Positions 22,837-36,785 of a stretch of DNA of 64,000 nt are shown here, piece after piece. This stretch comes from Vitrella brassicaformis CCMP3155 (lineage: Eukaryota; Protista; Chromerida), in assembly GCA_001179505.1 (NCBI GenBank), contig CDMY01000370.1:1-64000 (forward strand). Direction: 5' to 3'. How positions within the stretch are numbered: the first letter of the stretch is position 1; every line of letters starts with the position of its first letter. The notes under the pieces were generated by a model, which was not told the origin of the DNA, did not search any database, and was given only the letters and a program-made list of their open reading frames with translations. A program made the position numbers and the translations under genes.

Positions 22837-23714
22837 GCAGATAAGAGCACAGAGAAAGGGCCGGGGCAGACAGCTGCGTGGTTGGGTGGTTGGGTTTTTG
22901 GGGGGCTGAATAGCTGACCACACGGTGATTGTGCTGCAGTGTGCGGGTCACGCACTTTTGGTCTGTACGGCGGGAAGCAAGGCCGACAGAGGGCTGGCCT
23001 GGCCCCTCACTCAGTCTCTCTCTGTGCTGCGTGATGCGGCGCTTTCTCTTCTGCATCTGCTGTCGTGTCGAGCAGTGTCTGTCTTCCTTTCTGTGATGCA
23101 TGCATACGTATGCATCACAGACCGTTGTTTCAAGGCACCATCGGTGCGGCGGGCAGACAGGAAAGCTCCATGGCTAGGCAGCACAGCTGCCCAAGCCTGG
23201 CATGCCTAGCCTCTGTGTTTCTGCGCGTGGATGGAGAGGAGACCGCTTGTAAGACTGACTGAGGCATTCATTCGTCGCGTCTGACTTGATATTTGGATGG
23301 CTGGGTGGGTATGTGGATTGCTAAGACCGAAACCCTCCCTCCAGTGTGCGTGCAGTTGTGTGTGTTGTGTTGCCAACGCCCGAGACGCACGCACCAGAGA
23401 GCCGCCCAGCCTTCCGTTGCTCTCTTCTATTGATTACACGTCCATCTCTTGTTGGTCACCAGATGCGTGTGCGTATGCTGAGGCTGCGACGTAGGCTGCG
23501 ATGTTGATGTGCCGTGCCTCTGTCTCGTCTCGTCTCGTCTGTCGATTGGTGTTTTGGATGAATGGATGGATGGATGGATGAGTCGAGTCACAGATTGGCG
23601 AGCAGATAAGAGCACAGAGAAAGGGCCGGGGCAGACAGCTGCGTTGGGGGCTGAATGGCTGACCACACGGTGATTGTGCTGCAGTGTGCGGGTCATGCAC
23701 TTTTGGTCTGTACG
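22837..23714. repeat. Direct repeat pair, ~110-130 bp (22837..22969 and 23602..23714)
   Basis: gcagataagagcacagagaaagggccggggcagacagctgcgt...gctgaccacacggtgattgtgctgcagtgtgcgggtca.gcacttttggtctgtacg occurs twice. Confidence 0.9.
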
Positions 23715-24147
23715 TCTGATGAGAGTGCAAACGCATTTCCTTTTACACGTGAGAGTTGTCTGGACATGCATGCAATCACGGAAAAGCGGCTGACCCATGC
23801 TGAGAGACATCATCAGTCACAAAAAAGGGCCTCAAAATGCATGAGAAAGCCAGGCAGCTGCCTTGTACCCAAGTATCCCATTTCCTTTCGCCGCAGCAAT
23901 CGCAGCCCTCCCTCCATGCTGCTGTACTCGTAGTGGCTGCCCTGAGCTTGCTTGTTTGCTATCTGACCCCACACACCCTGAGAAAAAGGATACGGCTATC
24001 ATGTATGGTACTGTACATCACTCGACTAATCATCTGTCTCGTCCAGAAGCATGTAGATCATGGGCGCCCCGTCACGAGTGTCTGTCTTCATTGACACACC
24101 ATTCACCGAAAAATGTCTGTCTGTTTTTCTGTCTGTCTGTCTGTCTG

Positions 24148-26163
24148 TCATGCCGTTACGACGGGCACCCACGGCCCGGGCAGCCCTTTTTCTTTCGCGA
24201 TTTCCGGATACACCCACAGCCATTTTCCTCGCCTCCACTGGCCGTCTCTCGACAAGGTCTCTCGCTCCATCACCCACCGCCCATCCGACCGCAAACACTT
24301 TCTTCTGGGACCGAGACCTGCGAGCGGGATGAAATACTGCTGTGTCGTCCATTGTGGCCTGATGCCGCCGCACTGGGAGGTTGGAGGAGGGCAGAGGGGG
24401 GACTGGCAGAGGATGGAAACGGGGTGCTGGGCGGGAGACACAGAAGTCCGAACGGGAGTCTTGTCCACCCGCCTGCACTCGGCAGTCCCCTTCCTCTTCT
24501 GTACGAACATCGACACACAGACAGACAGACAGACAGATCTCTACGGCATGGACCATATTGAGCTCTTGGGCTACGCACCAGATTGGTCAGGTCGCTCGCA
24601 TTGGTTTCTTCCGTTGCGGCAGCGCTCACGGAGTCTCCTCGCCTGTAGCTGGCGAGGAGCCTCTCGGGAAGGGGTGGGGGCGGTGGCATCAAGAAACGCA
24701 CTCCTGGGCCCCGAACCCTCACCCACTCCTGATATAACGCCAGAACCTACATGGAACACACATCGAACAATGAATGCATCGGAGACATATCGATGCACTA
24801 GAGATCACTTCGTCGATCGTTCTTGCACCCCCTACTCCGGCACTGTACAGGAAAGCAGACAACTTGCGAGCCTCGGCACTCTGAGAGAGAACAAAGAGAT
24901 TGTACCAAATCGTTCTTCTTCTTTTTTCAAGCCCTTTCGCTCACGTAGTCAGGTTTGTCGCTCAGGAATCCGTTGATGAAAGCGCCTGAGACGAAATGGC
25001 TCACACAGTGTGAGGCAGCTCTCTCTTATCCATTTTTGTGCTTGTACCGACGAAGAGGAAGTCACCAATAGGCGCTATGCACTGAACCAACACACGGCCG
25101 ACAGACCCAGCCTTAATTCGCTCACGCTTGCTTACGTCACGGTGTCCGTCTGGTGTTGGGCGAAAAGCTTGCAGGTGATCGATATCAATGAGCACCGCCC
25201 TCGCCCTGCCGTCTTCGCCTCGCTTAATACAGACATTCTCTGGCTGCACAGACAGCGGGGAGAAAAGCACAAACAGCGCCAGATCACGAACAAATAGAAT
25301 AGCACCGAAGTATGGTCCCTCTTACGATCAAGTCCGAATGCGCCAACCCCCGGTCGTGCAGCCACTTGAGCCCACTCAAAATGTCCCCAATAAGCGGCAT
25401 CAGGATCTTCTCCGTAACCGCCCCCATCTCCCAACCATTAAGCTCCTCTACCTCTCGTTCTACCACGAGAGCGCTGAGATCCATCAGGTCTCCGCCTACA
25501 CACACAGATATGCACAGACACAAGGATTTTGATTGATCGATTGGTCCACTCTAGTGGATGGATTCATCACCTTGGCACCACTCTCCGAAAAATCCCTTCA
25601 GGCCAGAAGACCAGCCATGTCCGGGAAGACTCGTCGTGGAGTAGAGGCCTTCGATGCGGAGGATGCTTGGATGTCGCAGGCCGTTGTCAAACAACCAGTC
25701 CATGCCATTCTTCGGAAAGAGACCCGCGTCCTGAAACGAATGACCCATACAACCACCGGCGGGGAAGTCTCCTCTGCTCGGGTGTGTGCTCACCGGATCG
25801 TATATGTTGACTTCATCGTAGTCGGTATTCACCTTCAACACAACTCGCTTCTGGTCTGAACAATTCAGAAAACCACACGAGCAAGTCAGTCAGTTCATAC
25901 ACAGTACTGGGAGTTCACCTCGCAAGTCGAAAAAGACGATTGCGCATCCATGCCGCCCATGGCACCCTGAGCTCCCGAGCCCCATGCTCCTGTCCAGAAC
26001 AAAACGCCCCCCGAAACCGCTCTCCACCCTTCTCTGAAATCACACCCAAAGAGAACTGCGGCAAGATTTATCTTGCTCTCATGGATCTAACGCAAAAGTG
26101 GTCGATGAGGTCGCCCTTCTGCTCGTTCGTGAGACGTTTCTGTGGACAATGCGGAGCAATCAT
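24148..26163 (-). CDS. Atypical protein kinase-like protein, multi-exon
   Basis: Spliced motifs LGSSGCHG (Gly loop), KRVVLKV, LRHPSILRIEGL, EWCQG|GDLMDL, LKWLHDRGLAHSDLI|PENVCI, VLIDID; C-terminal exons end PWVPVVTA*; start codon uncertain. Confidence 0.7.
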
Positions 26164-26356
26164 TCGCCGCTGCTCTTTCGGCCTGATTGATGATCGCCTA
26201 CCGGTGGGGTGAATGTCACCATCTTGGGCCGATGAAGATCTCTGCCAACAGTCATCGCGCGGGAGGAATCGTTGGAAGAATCACGAGCATAAGGCCTGCG
26301 AGCTTACCAAAGGAAGCTCGCATTGCCAGAAGGGCTAGAGCCAGAAGGGCTGGATC

Positions 26357-29295
26357 ATGACGCTACGAATGAATCGGCTGCAGCCTGCAATGACGTCATT
26401 CATCTTTCTCCTTTCATCCTTACTGATCTTTCATCTGGTCTCCCGGACAAGCGCTTTCCTGCCCCCCTCTCCCTTGCGTCAGCAGCGGCAGCAGCAGCAG
26501 CACACAAGGCGGCGGCCGCCAGCTTCACCGCAATCTCGTCTGCTCTCCCATCGGCTGAGCACCGTTGATGTGCCGCGGCACAGCGTCAAGAGGCCCCTTG
26601 ACGATGATCTGCGAGAGGTGGATGTTGTGGTGGTGGGCAGCGGGATCGGCGGCCTCTCCTGCGCGGCGATGCTGGCGAGATACGGCGTCAAGGTGAGTGC
26701 ACTGGTTGCAGATGGGTACAGACATGTTGGATGGATGGATGTGGTTGCCGTCGCTGGCTGGCTCTCTGGCTGTCTGGCTGGGTGATCAGGTGCTTGTGTT
26801 GGAGAGCCACGTTGAGGTGGGCGGGGCGGGCCACTCCTGGGAGAGAGATGGCTTCGTGTTCGACAGCGGACCCTCACTGTACTCAGGCCTGACCAGTAAG
26901 TAGGCAGCCAGCAGACACCAGACACCAGACAGACAAATGTCTGCGGTGTGCGTGATAGATGAAGATGTGTGTGATATGTGTCTGGTGTGTGTATGTGTGC
27001 CGTGCCAGTCGACCCCTCTCCCAACCCGCTGAAGTTCGTCTTTGATGCCATAGGGGAGTACCCATCGTGGTAGGTACACCACCCCACACCACAGTCAGGC
27101 GTTTTGTGACCGAAGCCAACCGACCTTTACCGAACGAACAGCCAGGCTGCATGCCATGGAAAGCTACCTCTCTCTGGGCAGGTTAACCTATGACACCTGG
27201 GGCGTGTCCATTCCGGGCGGCAGCTTCGACGCCACGATCGGCCCGGGGCCCTTCTGGGCCATACTGGACAGATTCGGGGGACCCAATGCAAAGCAGGTCA
27301 GCGGAGTGGACAGAGGGAGGGAGGGAGGGAGGGAGGGCGTGTTGTGTGCTATGTGTCCTGCGTGTTTGTGCATTGTGTAGGAGTGGTCCCGGTTGATGGA
27401 TTACATGCAGCCCTTGGGCGAGGCCGCGATGGCCGTGCCATCACCCGCACTCAGGAGGTGCAATCATATCACGTAGATGAGACGGAACTACACGGACGAA
27501 TGCCGGTGCACATCGTTGTGTGTGTGGTGAGGGGTTCAGTGACTTGGGCGCGCTCCTGACTCTGTCCCCGTTCTTTCGCGAGCTGCTTAAGACGATACCC
27601 AAAGGCCCCAAACTACAGGTCAGGAAAAAGGAAACAGCCGTCTACCTTTTGCGCCTATGCATTCCACGCGTGTGTGTGTGTGTGTGTGTTTGCTGAGAGC
27701 AGGGTCCGTTTGGGAAGATGCTGTCTGAGGCAGGCGTGACGGACCCCTTCATACTCAACTGGCTCAACATGCTCTCATTCCTACTACAGGCACGTACACA
27801 CACACACACACACAAACACGCAGCTACACGTACACAGAGGGAGAGAAATGCCCTGTCCCATTGTCCCCTGTGTGTCTATGTGTTTCTGTACTTGCTCTCC
27901 CAGGGCATGCCGGCCGACGGCACAGTGGGTGCCGTGATGGCATACATGCTTGCAGACTGGTACCGACCCAATGTCAAGCTCGATTACCCAAAGGGAGGCT
28001 CGGGCGCCATCGCAGAGGCACTTGTGCGGGGTATACAGAAGCACGGCGGGCACGTGCTGGTCAACGCTCACGTGGAGGCCATCACTTTGGATGAGAGGGG
28101 CGGGGCGAAGGGAGTGCGGCTGAGGGGCGGGCAGACTGTGAGGGCCAGGAGGGCGGTGGTGAGCAACGCAAGCATGTGGAACACGCTCAAGCTGCTCGGA
28201 GAGAATGAGGGGCACGCCAACGTCAGGAAATTCGCTGAGAGGGTGAGTGAGGAGATGGAGAAAGAGAGAGAGGTGTGGTGCAGCTTAAGGTGGTTATTGA
28301 TTGCTTTGGTTCCTTCTTTCTTGTGCAGGTGGGTGAGTATGAGCAGGTGCCGAGCTTCATGCACCTGCACGTCGGCTTTGATGCAAAGGTAGGTGACTGA
28401 CTGACGCACATGACATGCAGAGAAGAAAGAAAGAGGTCGCTTGACAGACGATGCACATGTCATGTGTGCAGGGTTTGGACCCAATCCAGTGCCACTATGC
28501 GGTGTGCAACGACTGGAGCCAGCCCATCGACGCTCCAGGAAATGTCATCATCATCTCAATACCATCCGGTACGTCCGTCAGACAGCGACGCCACACCCTG
28601 GACCACACCCACTGCACCTCTCTCTCTTTGTCAGTTCTCGACAGCAGATTAGCTCCCGATGGCCACCACGTGCTGCACGCCTACACCGCCGGCAATGAGC
28701 CATACGAGCTCTGGGCCGACCTCAAGCCAACCTCGCCAGAATACCGCCAACTCAAAGAAGAAAGAGGCGACGTACGCGTGGGTGCATAGCAAGCAGTATC
28801 CAGGCATCCCTTTGTCTGTTCCTGTCAATGAATCAGATTCTGTGGCGAGCGGTCGAGAGGTTCATTCCCGACATCAAGCGGCGCGCGAAGGTTGCCATGG
28901 TGGGGACACCCAAGACGCACGAGCGATACCTCAGGAGAGACAGGGGCACATACGGCCCGGTGCTCAGGTACCTGAGCGAATGAGCAACCTATCCACGTAC
29001 CTCTGACATAGAGGTGTATGTGTGTGGGTGCAGGGCGGGTGAGCAGACTTTGCCCGGTGCAGGCACACCCATCCCGCGTCTGCTGTGCTGTGGAGACTCG
29101 GTGTTTCCGGGCATCGGGGTGCCGGCAGTGGCTGCGAGTGGGTGCATCGCCGCACACAGCCTGGTGGGGGTGGGGCAGCACTACCAGATGTTGCAGAGGG
29201 TCTTGAAGAGAGGCGAGAGGACGGCAGAAATGGATGTGACAGAGTACGAGCCTGCAGCAGCAGCCAAGGCAACAACCCCTGTCGGGGCAAAGTGA
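26357..29295 (+). CDS. Carotenoid isomerase (CRTISO/CrtH)-like FAD-dependent oxidoreductase with bipartite plastid leader, ~11 exons
   Basis: Signal peptide ending TSA-FLP plus transit-like region; VVVGSGIGGLSCAA (Rossmann), LESH..GG..HSWERDGFVFDSGPSL, DYPKGGSGAI, VVSNAS, GTP.THER.LRR..GTYGP, LLCCGDSVFPGIGVPAVAASG. Confidence 0.88.
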
Positions 29296-29703
29296 TCTGA
29301 CGTGTGTGCGTGGGGTCTGATGAGGCTTGTCTGCAGATGAAGCGTATGACATATGTATTGGCTGGCATTGGGGGGTTTTGTGTACACAGGAGACCATTGG
29401 TTGTACGGCCATGTATGGGTCGGGTCGCATGAATGTGTTGATAACATAGCAATGCAATGCAATCGCGAGCGAGCGAGCGAGCAGCGGTCCAGAGAGAGAG
29501 AGAGCAACAGACAGACAAATATGTATATTTGACATGCAGGACGACGCACATTAATGAATGCGACACGCACATACAGCGAGCGTACACACGACAGACAGGC
29601 CCTCATCGATCGGATCGGTCATTGGCTGCTCCTCTTCATGGGCCTCCCCCTACACACGCACACAAAGAGTACACACACACATACATTCACCACTCGCTCT
29701 TTG

Positions 29704-31889
29704 TTACCTTCTCTGGCACTCAGCAAGTGTCTGCGAGATGCTCTTCTGCTGCGCCACCATCGCCCGGCTCTGTGACCGGGCTGTGTGGGACAGCTCAGAG
29801 AGCATGAGAATGGCCTGGAATGACCTCTTCAGCTGGTCTCTGTAGAAAGTCACACTCTCGGACAGCTCGCGAAGCTGGACACACACAATGAGAGCCAATC
29901 GATGGATGGCCGGATGTATGTGGCCTTGCCGACCATTCTCATTTGTCTTCGTCTGAGTTTGAGTTTCTTAGGCACCACCGGCTCTGCCAACACGTGGGCC
30001 ATCTCTGCCTTCTCCACACGAGCCAGCTCCTGCTGCCAACGACCTGCATTGAATTGCAGTGCAACACGACCAACCAAGAGCACCAACAACACGAGCACGG
30101 AGAGTGACATCCAAGAAGACTTGTTTCTGTAGCGAGTGCCTACCAGTCTCTGGGAGTTTGACTTCGTCTTCGATGCTCTTCCGGGGCGTCATGTCGTCCT
30201 TGAGAGACTTCGTGGACGACGACTGCCTGCGCCGAAACCTACACACATGCATTCCTATCATGTCTCCTGGTCTGTCTGTTGCCGTGTCGTGTCTCCCGTG
30301 ACCGACGGGTGTACTCACCTTGGCACGGGTGGTCTTCTCGGCATATTGGGGTCGTGGATCTTCCACCGCACAAGACGCTCAGGATCTGAATGGTGATACA
30401 CGTACATATGGACATGTATGCATCACACATACAATTGCTTGCCCCCTCCTCTCTCTGTCTCTGTCTTTCCTCACTCACTCCTCAACCACCTACCCACCTA
30501 CCCGGTTTGGCCACTCGAATGAGGTGCGAGTACTTGGCCAGCTTCTGATGATGATCATCCTCAGTCACAGCGCTCCTATAGGTCGTCATGACCGAGTCCT
30601 CCTCCGGCATCTGCGTGATGAATGGCCCGCTGCTGGACCTCCTCTCGTCCTGAGACCCTCGCTCCTGCGACCCTCGCGGCGACTCGCCCTGAGCACCCTG
30701 AGCACCCTCAATGGCCGGCAGGGGCACCAGTGTTGCAGTGGATGCCTGCTTGGCGGGGGGAAGGGGCGGCTGTTGCTGCTGCTGAATGCTCGTCTGGGAA
30801 GCAAGGCGCAGAGGGGGCAGCTCCACGTGAGGAGACAACTCCTGGGTTGTCATCACTGTGGCAAAACAGACGAGAGAATCACAAAGGAATGAACAGCTGT
30901 GTGTCGCCCGACACATGCGTGTGACGACAGCCGGCATTTCGCCCACCAGATCTGGTTCTGGTTCTCTGGGTGGTAAGGGGGAGAGGGCGTTTGCGGCTCG
31001 CCCGGTCGGTGCTGGAGCCCACCGTCTGGAGGAACCGCTCGTACTGCGCCACGTGCTTCTCGTGCAGCTTCTGTAGACACTTTTTGTAGTAGGTGTGGGG
31101 CGCTGGGAGGGGATTCCGGGCAAACTCATCCGCCAGCTGGACAAAACACAGACAAGGGATAGACAGACGGGCGGACAGATGTGGTGGCGAAGAAAGAGCG
31201 GCCACGATTGTACCTACCTCGAGGATCTTCTGTTTTCGTCTCTCCCTCTTGGCTTCAAGAGCTGCTATCAGTCGGTCCCTCTCCACCTTCTTCTGCTTCA
31301 ACTCAGTCATTCTGCACACGCACACAAAGAAAAACAGGCATCCCATTGCTATGGGCATTGGTGCCCCTCTGCAACATGACTCAGTCACTGACCTCATGGC
31401 CTGCATCTCGCGGTCCCTTCTGGGCTCATGCTCGGCAATCTGAGCATCCAACGCCTGCGGACAAGAGACAGACATCAACATAACGACACGAATGCAAGTC
31501 CCTCCCTCCTTCCCTCCCTCCCTCCACGTCACCTGGACCATCTTAGCGAATCCCACATCAGGTGGGGAAGAGGGCCGGGACACTCCCTGCCCCCCCCCGC
31601 CCGGCCCCTCTACGCGCGAGGTCGAGCGAGTGCCATGGTCCCTCAGAGTGCGGGGCGGCGCCTTCCGCAGCACGGCCCCCTCCGGCGGCTGACCAGGGTT
31701 GGACGCGACGGCGCTCTCGAACTGCTGATACGACTCGGCAAAGTCAGGAGCGAAATACTGTTGACACACAGTATGGAGGCAGGCAGGCAGGCAGGCGTGT
31801 TTGTGGGGCCCTGGTGTTTGTGAAGTGCTGTGAGCTGATGTGGTTACCTTGGCGAAGCCCCGCCATGACTTTGACTCCTTTGTCGTCAT
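29704..31889 (-). CDS. Hypothetical coiled-coil protein, multi-exon
   Basis: Charged helical exons (ELKQKKVERDRLIAALEAKRERRKQKILE; WQQELARVEKAE; QLRELSESVTFYRDQLKRSF) flanked by GT/AG and repeat-rich introns. Confidence 0.6.
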
Positions 31890-33748
31890 GATTGCTCCTC
31901 TTGAGACGGGAAGTCCATGCGAGCTTCAGCTTGCGAGGAGGGCGCTGAGGATTTCATCCATGCGTCTGACCAGAACACCTAGCTGCGTGATTGTGGTGGT
32001 ACAAATGGCACCGCAGACGTCTCAGGAGTCTGAGTTGGTCATCCTCGACACTGATCGCCTTTGCGATCTCAGGCGATTCTTCTGTTTGGTTTGATGGAGC
32101 ACACTTCCACTAACTTAAAGGCAGGCAGAGAAGAACATGATGTCATCGATCGCACCCCACTTGCTGGAGCTCCTGCGTCAGCCATTCAACGACAAATGTT
32201 CCAATTGGCCAATCACGCAGCAGTAAGAGTCAGAGGCAGTCAATAGTAAGTCGCACGAGGAGTCAATTAGCTGAGACTCAGCACTGCACAGGGCCAGCAA
32301 ACCTCATTCGCTGGCCCCATGTCGCCCCATTTCTCTATCCATCCACGAACGCTCACACATACAGGTAGTGTTGGATCGCTGCCTCCTAATTCTGCCTACC
32401 TATCTCCAACCATCATGAAGGACACGCACCACACTACACCGCACCACACCGCACCGCACCGCACCCACTGGAAGGGAACTGCACTGAAACGCACGCCGGA
32501 CAGACCGTATGAATGGGCTATGAAGAATAGAGACCAGTCAGTCAGTCAGTCAGCCAGTCAGTCACGCAAGCACGCACGCAGGACGGCAGAAAGGTGCCTG
32601 CGTATCCTGCATAGTGGGTGCTCTTTCTCCTAATACACAGGCAGGCAGGCAGGCAGGCAGACAATTTACCTTCAACTCGTGCTGTGGGCACGCGCAGAGA
32701 GACACAAGCCGGAGAGAGAGAAGTGCGCATCATCCATCCATTCATTCACATGCAGGCAGCCGATATATAGGTAGATCACAGGAGGGCACGAAGGAAGGGC
32801 TTGAAATGTCGCTCAGGTCGGACTGACTAGCAAATCCCACCCCACACATAATAAGGCAGCAAAACTGGCGAGAGAGGCAGGCAGGCCGGGCTCACGCAAC
32901 CAAAAAGAGGCAGGGAGAAAAAGGAAAGCAACTCGCATAGACGAAAGACATCCAAACACCAAACACAACACAGAAGGGATGGAGCGCCGCGCAAAGGGAG
33001 GGAACGAAAACACATACCCGCCCGACCGCACATACACAGACGCCCCTGCACACCCGCTGCACACTCTTGATGCCGAAAAATAGCAGAACAGTACCCTCTT
33101 TGCCCAGCACACACCTATGGATTAACGCACACGCACATAGAGGAGATCCGAAAAATAGAGCCCAGTAGTGAGAGTAAGGAGGCACCATCGGAAGAAAGAG
33201 ACAATACCCTCACCCACAGTCATATATCTTAATAAACACCGCATTATCACTTTTGTCACTTTTTCCCTTGATGGGCGCATCTGAAAAGACGTGCAAACCT
33301 CATCATGCTCACTCACCCACCGCACTGTCGCACGCCCCACTTACATCCATCCATCCAGCAAGCTTTCAACGCAGTCCGCTGGATGGATGCATGTCCGTCA
33401 AAACGCATGATCCGCCCTTGCCCCCGCCCCCTGCCCGCCTGCCCAGCAGCCTGCCTCTCTCGAAGGAGACACCCCAACGCGAATACAGCAGCGCCCGGAC
33501 ACCCCAATACACTTGGTGAATCGCACCCGGACGCCCACACAAAGATAGGAGAAACGGCATCATGAACGAAGAAGCGAGGTACCAGATAGCCAGATATTCA
33601 CGCATGTACGTATGAATGTACATTTGTAAGTCAACTAGCGCAGCAAAAAGAGCCTCCCTCTGCGTGCCCCCTTGTGTACACGAATGCATACCACGCATGC
33701 ATCCCTCCCTCCCTCCCTCCCTCATCCATCCATCCATCCATCTATCCA

Positions 33749-35612
33749 TCACTCCTCATATCCCGACGGCTGTGCCTCATAAAGCACATCAGCCGGCACC
33801 CGATCCATCGCAGCAGCCAGTGGGGAAGGCGGCACGGGCATCCGCCGCTCCGCAGGCCCAGACGACGCCGATGCCGTACTCTTGGGCCGGGACTTTGCCT
33901 TGCCCCTCTCCTGCTCCTCGCTCCTGCTCCTGGCTGGCACAGGGGCCCCGGCTCGGGTGCCCTCGGACGATGACAGCTGCCGCGTCGAGAGGGCCGTGTA
34001 CTCGCCGATCGATGGCGTGGCGTTCATCGTTGCCGCTGACGTGACCCGACGACCAGCCGGGATGGGATGGACAGGCTCGGTGCTGGCCGGTGCAGCTCTG
34101 GCGGGCGGCCATGGGCAGTGCCCCCCTCCGCCCCTCTCAGCCAGATACGGGTCGACGTCTGCCTCCCTCTGTGACGGAAAATGGTTCCTGGGAGGCCGCT
34201 TGGACTGCCTGTGCATTGGGAAGGGGGGAAGGAGCGGCGGCGCATGAGGCTGAGAAGTCGGGTAGGGGGGCGAGGGCCGCTCGGGCGAGCCAGACTGCGA
34301 CGAGAATGACCGGTCGTAGAACGGCCGATCTGGAACTAGAGGACAGGGGCCATAGCCGAGTAATGGCGGAGAGCCACACGCGAAGGGAACTGTGGGGGCG
34401 GGAGGGGGGTGGAGAGGGTAGTAGGACGAGTACGGCGGAGGGTTGGGCACGCGAGCGTCGTACATGACAGGACACGGCCCCATCAAAGACATGGGAGAGT
34501 TGGCAGCAGAGAGCGGTGCCCGTGTCCAGGGGTACGGGGGAATGCTCGGAGCCGGCAGCATCTGCCCAAATGACACAGATGGACCCAGGTCCCTCTCGAG
34601 AGCCGAGAGTGCCGGTGGGAAGATGGGGGAGAGCAGCTGGGGCGACGGGGGCGGCAGGGAGGCGCTCACGGCCCTAGAGGTGGGGTAGACAGTGCCGCCC
34701 GTCATGGGGAGTGGCGGCTGCGACTTCTCCTGCAGCAGCTGCTCGACGCTCTTGCCCTCCTGCCGGGCACGCTTCTCCAGCTCAGTCCGGCGATATCTGT
34801 GGACAATGAATGAACCAGACCCAGACAGATCGACACATGCCCGGCGACCGACGCGAGAGCCACCTGTGCGTTCACGTGCGCTAGCTCACCTTCTTGTCCG
34901 CAGGTCTGCGTCGCCGTGTGCGTGCCGGCATCTGTCGCCCTCTGGACAGTAGCCGGCCTTCCAGTACTTGCAAATGGACGTCCTGAAGAGAGAGGAGAGG
35001 GCAGGCAGGGAAACTTGTTGTTGTGTGTGTTTGGGTGCGTCTGAGTGAGTGAGTGACTTGCTTGAAGTAGTCGTCGGTGGCTCGCAGCTCTTGCTCTCCG
35101 TGCGCAAACCTGATTGGCGGACAACACAGCAGAGGGAAATGGGAAACGAGCCCTGCATATCTCCCTCTCGTGCCCACTCACTTGCAGTGTGCAGAGTCCC
35201 GAGGACACATACCCTTGAGAAACGCGGTACACAGCCGCGTCCTGGAGCAAAATCGCAAGCAGAGAGAGCGACGGTGGATCAACCAGCGACAGCGAGCTGC
35301 GCTTCCTAGTCTGACTCACTTCTGCAGGTTGGGCGGTGGGCGGAGCTCTCTAGCGTCGTGGGCGAAGAAGCACCGCTCGCCCCGATAGCAGTCGCCCTTC
35401 GCGAAGAAGGGACACATCTTGGTCTTGTAGAACTGAACGAACGCAAACGAACAGAACACACAAGGACACATACACATCCAGCACACACACTCATTCATTC
35501 ACTCAGTGATTGCTGTCGTACGTACCTGGTCCACGACCACACCATCATCTCTCTCATTGAGAGTGATAGATGACGCAGCCACAGGAACCGCCCCGGCACT
35601 CATCAGCACCAT
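33749..35612 (-). CDS. Tandem triple CCCH zinc-finger RNA-binding protein with Pro/Ser-rich tail
   Basis: YKTKMCPFFAKGDCYRGERCFFAH; KTRLCTAFLKGMCPRDSAHCK|FAH; KTSICKYWKAGYCPEGDRCRHAH; last exon is ORF 33749..34705. Confidence 0.88.
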
Positions 35613-36227
35613 TCAATCCACCTCAGCCAGCCATCCACAACACACCCCACACACCCGCCAGTGGAACTCACTCACTCGCCCGACAAATACTCACGGAAGT
35701 AAGGACGACAATTAGGTAGGCATAGGCAGACAGACAGACAGACCCTCAGAAACGCACTCACTGACGCAACCAGGCAAGCAAATACTCGCACACGGCAGAC
35801 ACTCACTCACTCACTGACAGACAACCGGATCAAAACACAGATGGATGAATCAAATCACGTGGCTCATACGGCAGGCGCTCAGTCTCTCTGTCAGCGCAGT
35901 GCCGAGGCGGGGGATGAGAGGGAGAGCAGCTCAGGAGAGAGAGAGACTGACCAACCACTTGAAAGCAAGAGCACTTTGAAACGCGCCTCACAAATCGACT
36001 CCGCCGGTATTTGGCGACTCGGTTGCTGCGTTTGAGACTGTTCAGGTCAGCTCTTTTGCTTCCGCTGTTGGCCCAACTTCTGCGAGCTCAACCCTCCTTG
36101 TGATGCGAGCTCACGATCTTGAAGACAAGAAGAAAAACGACGCGCAAGAGGACGGTGGAGCCTGCCTGCAGAGCGTGCTTGATGAGCTTGGAAGGATGGT
36201 GTGTGCACCGATGATGACGCTTGAGTG

Positions 36228-36785
36228 ATGGGTCTTCCTGGACTTGCCGTTCACGAGGCACGGTGCCTCTTTCGCGAGATCGTTCGCCTCCATCAGACCA
36301 AACTGCCCGAGAAGATGGTCAGTCAGATGCACCACACCGCCGCACTCATCAACTACTCCCTCATCAGAAGACACCCGAACTGCCACGTGGCTGTCTGTCT
36401 TCTGTGTGTGAATGTGCTCATCAGAGGGGCCTGGGCGATGCCTTCCTGAAGCGTGAGTTTCGGCAGCATCTGTTCGGCGGCACGTGCACGCCCAGACAGT
36501 TCGAGATGTTCATGGCACACTGGCGCAAGTACGGGGCCACCATACGCCGGCAGGAGAACGTCATCGGCAAGAAAATGATGAAAACAGAACGGGAAAAACT
36601 CAGCGAAGAACAAAGGTGGGCACCTGGCCAAACAAACAAACAAACAAACAAACAAACACACAGGCAGGCAGGCAAAACGGCGGGAAAGGCAGACCCTCAC
36701 TGTGTGTTGTGTGTGTGGTCACAGGCGGCAGTACGACAAGCTGAGGCGAGCTGTTGCACGCGAAGCGGCAGAGAAGGAAACATAG
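36228..36785 (+). CDS. LYR-motif protein, SDHAF3/ACN9-like, 3 exons
   Basis: LFREIVRLHQTKLPEKM|RGLGDAFLKREFRQH...FMAHWRKY resembles the SDHAF3 pattern LYRRIL..H..LP....LGD.YVK.EFRRH...F..EW..Y. Confidence 0.65.
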
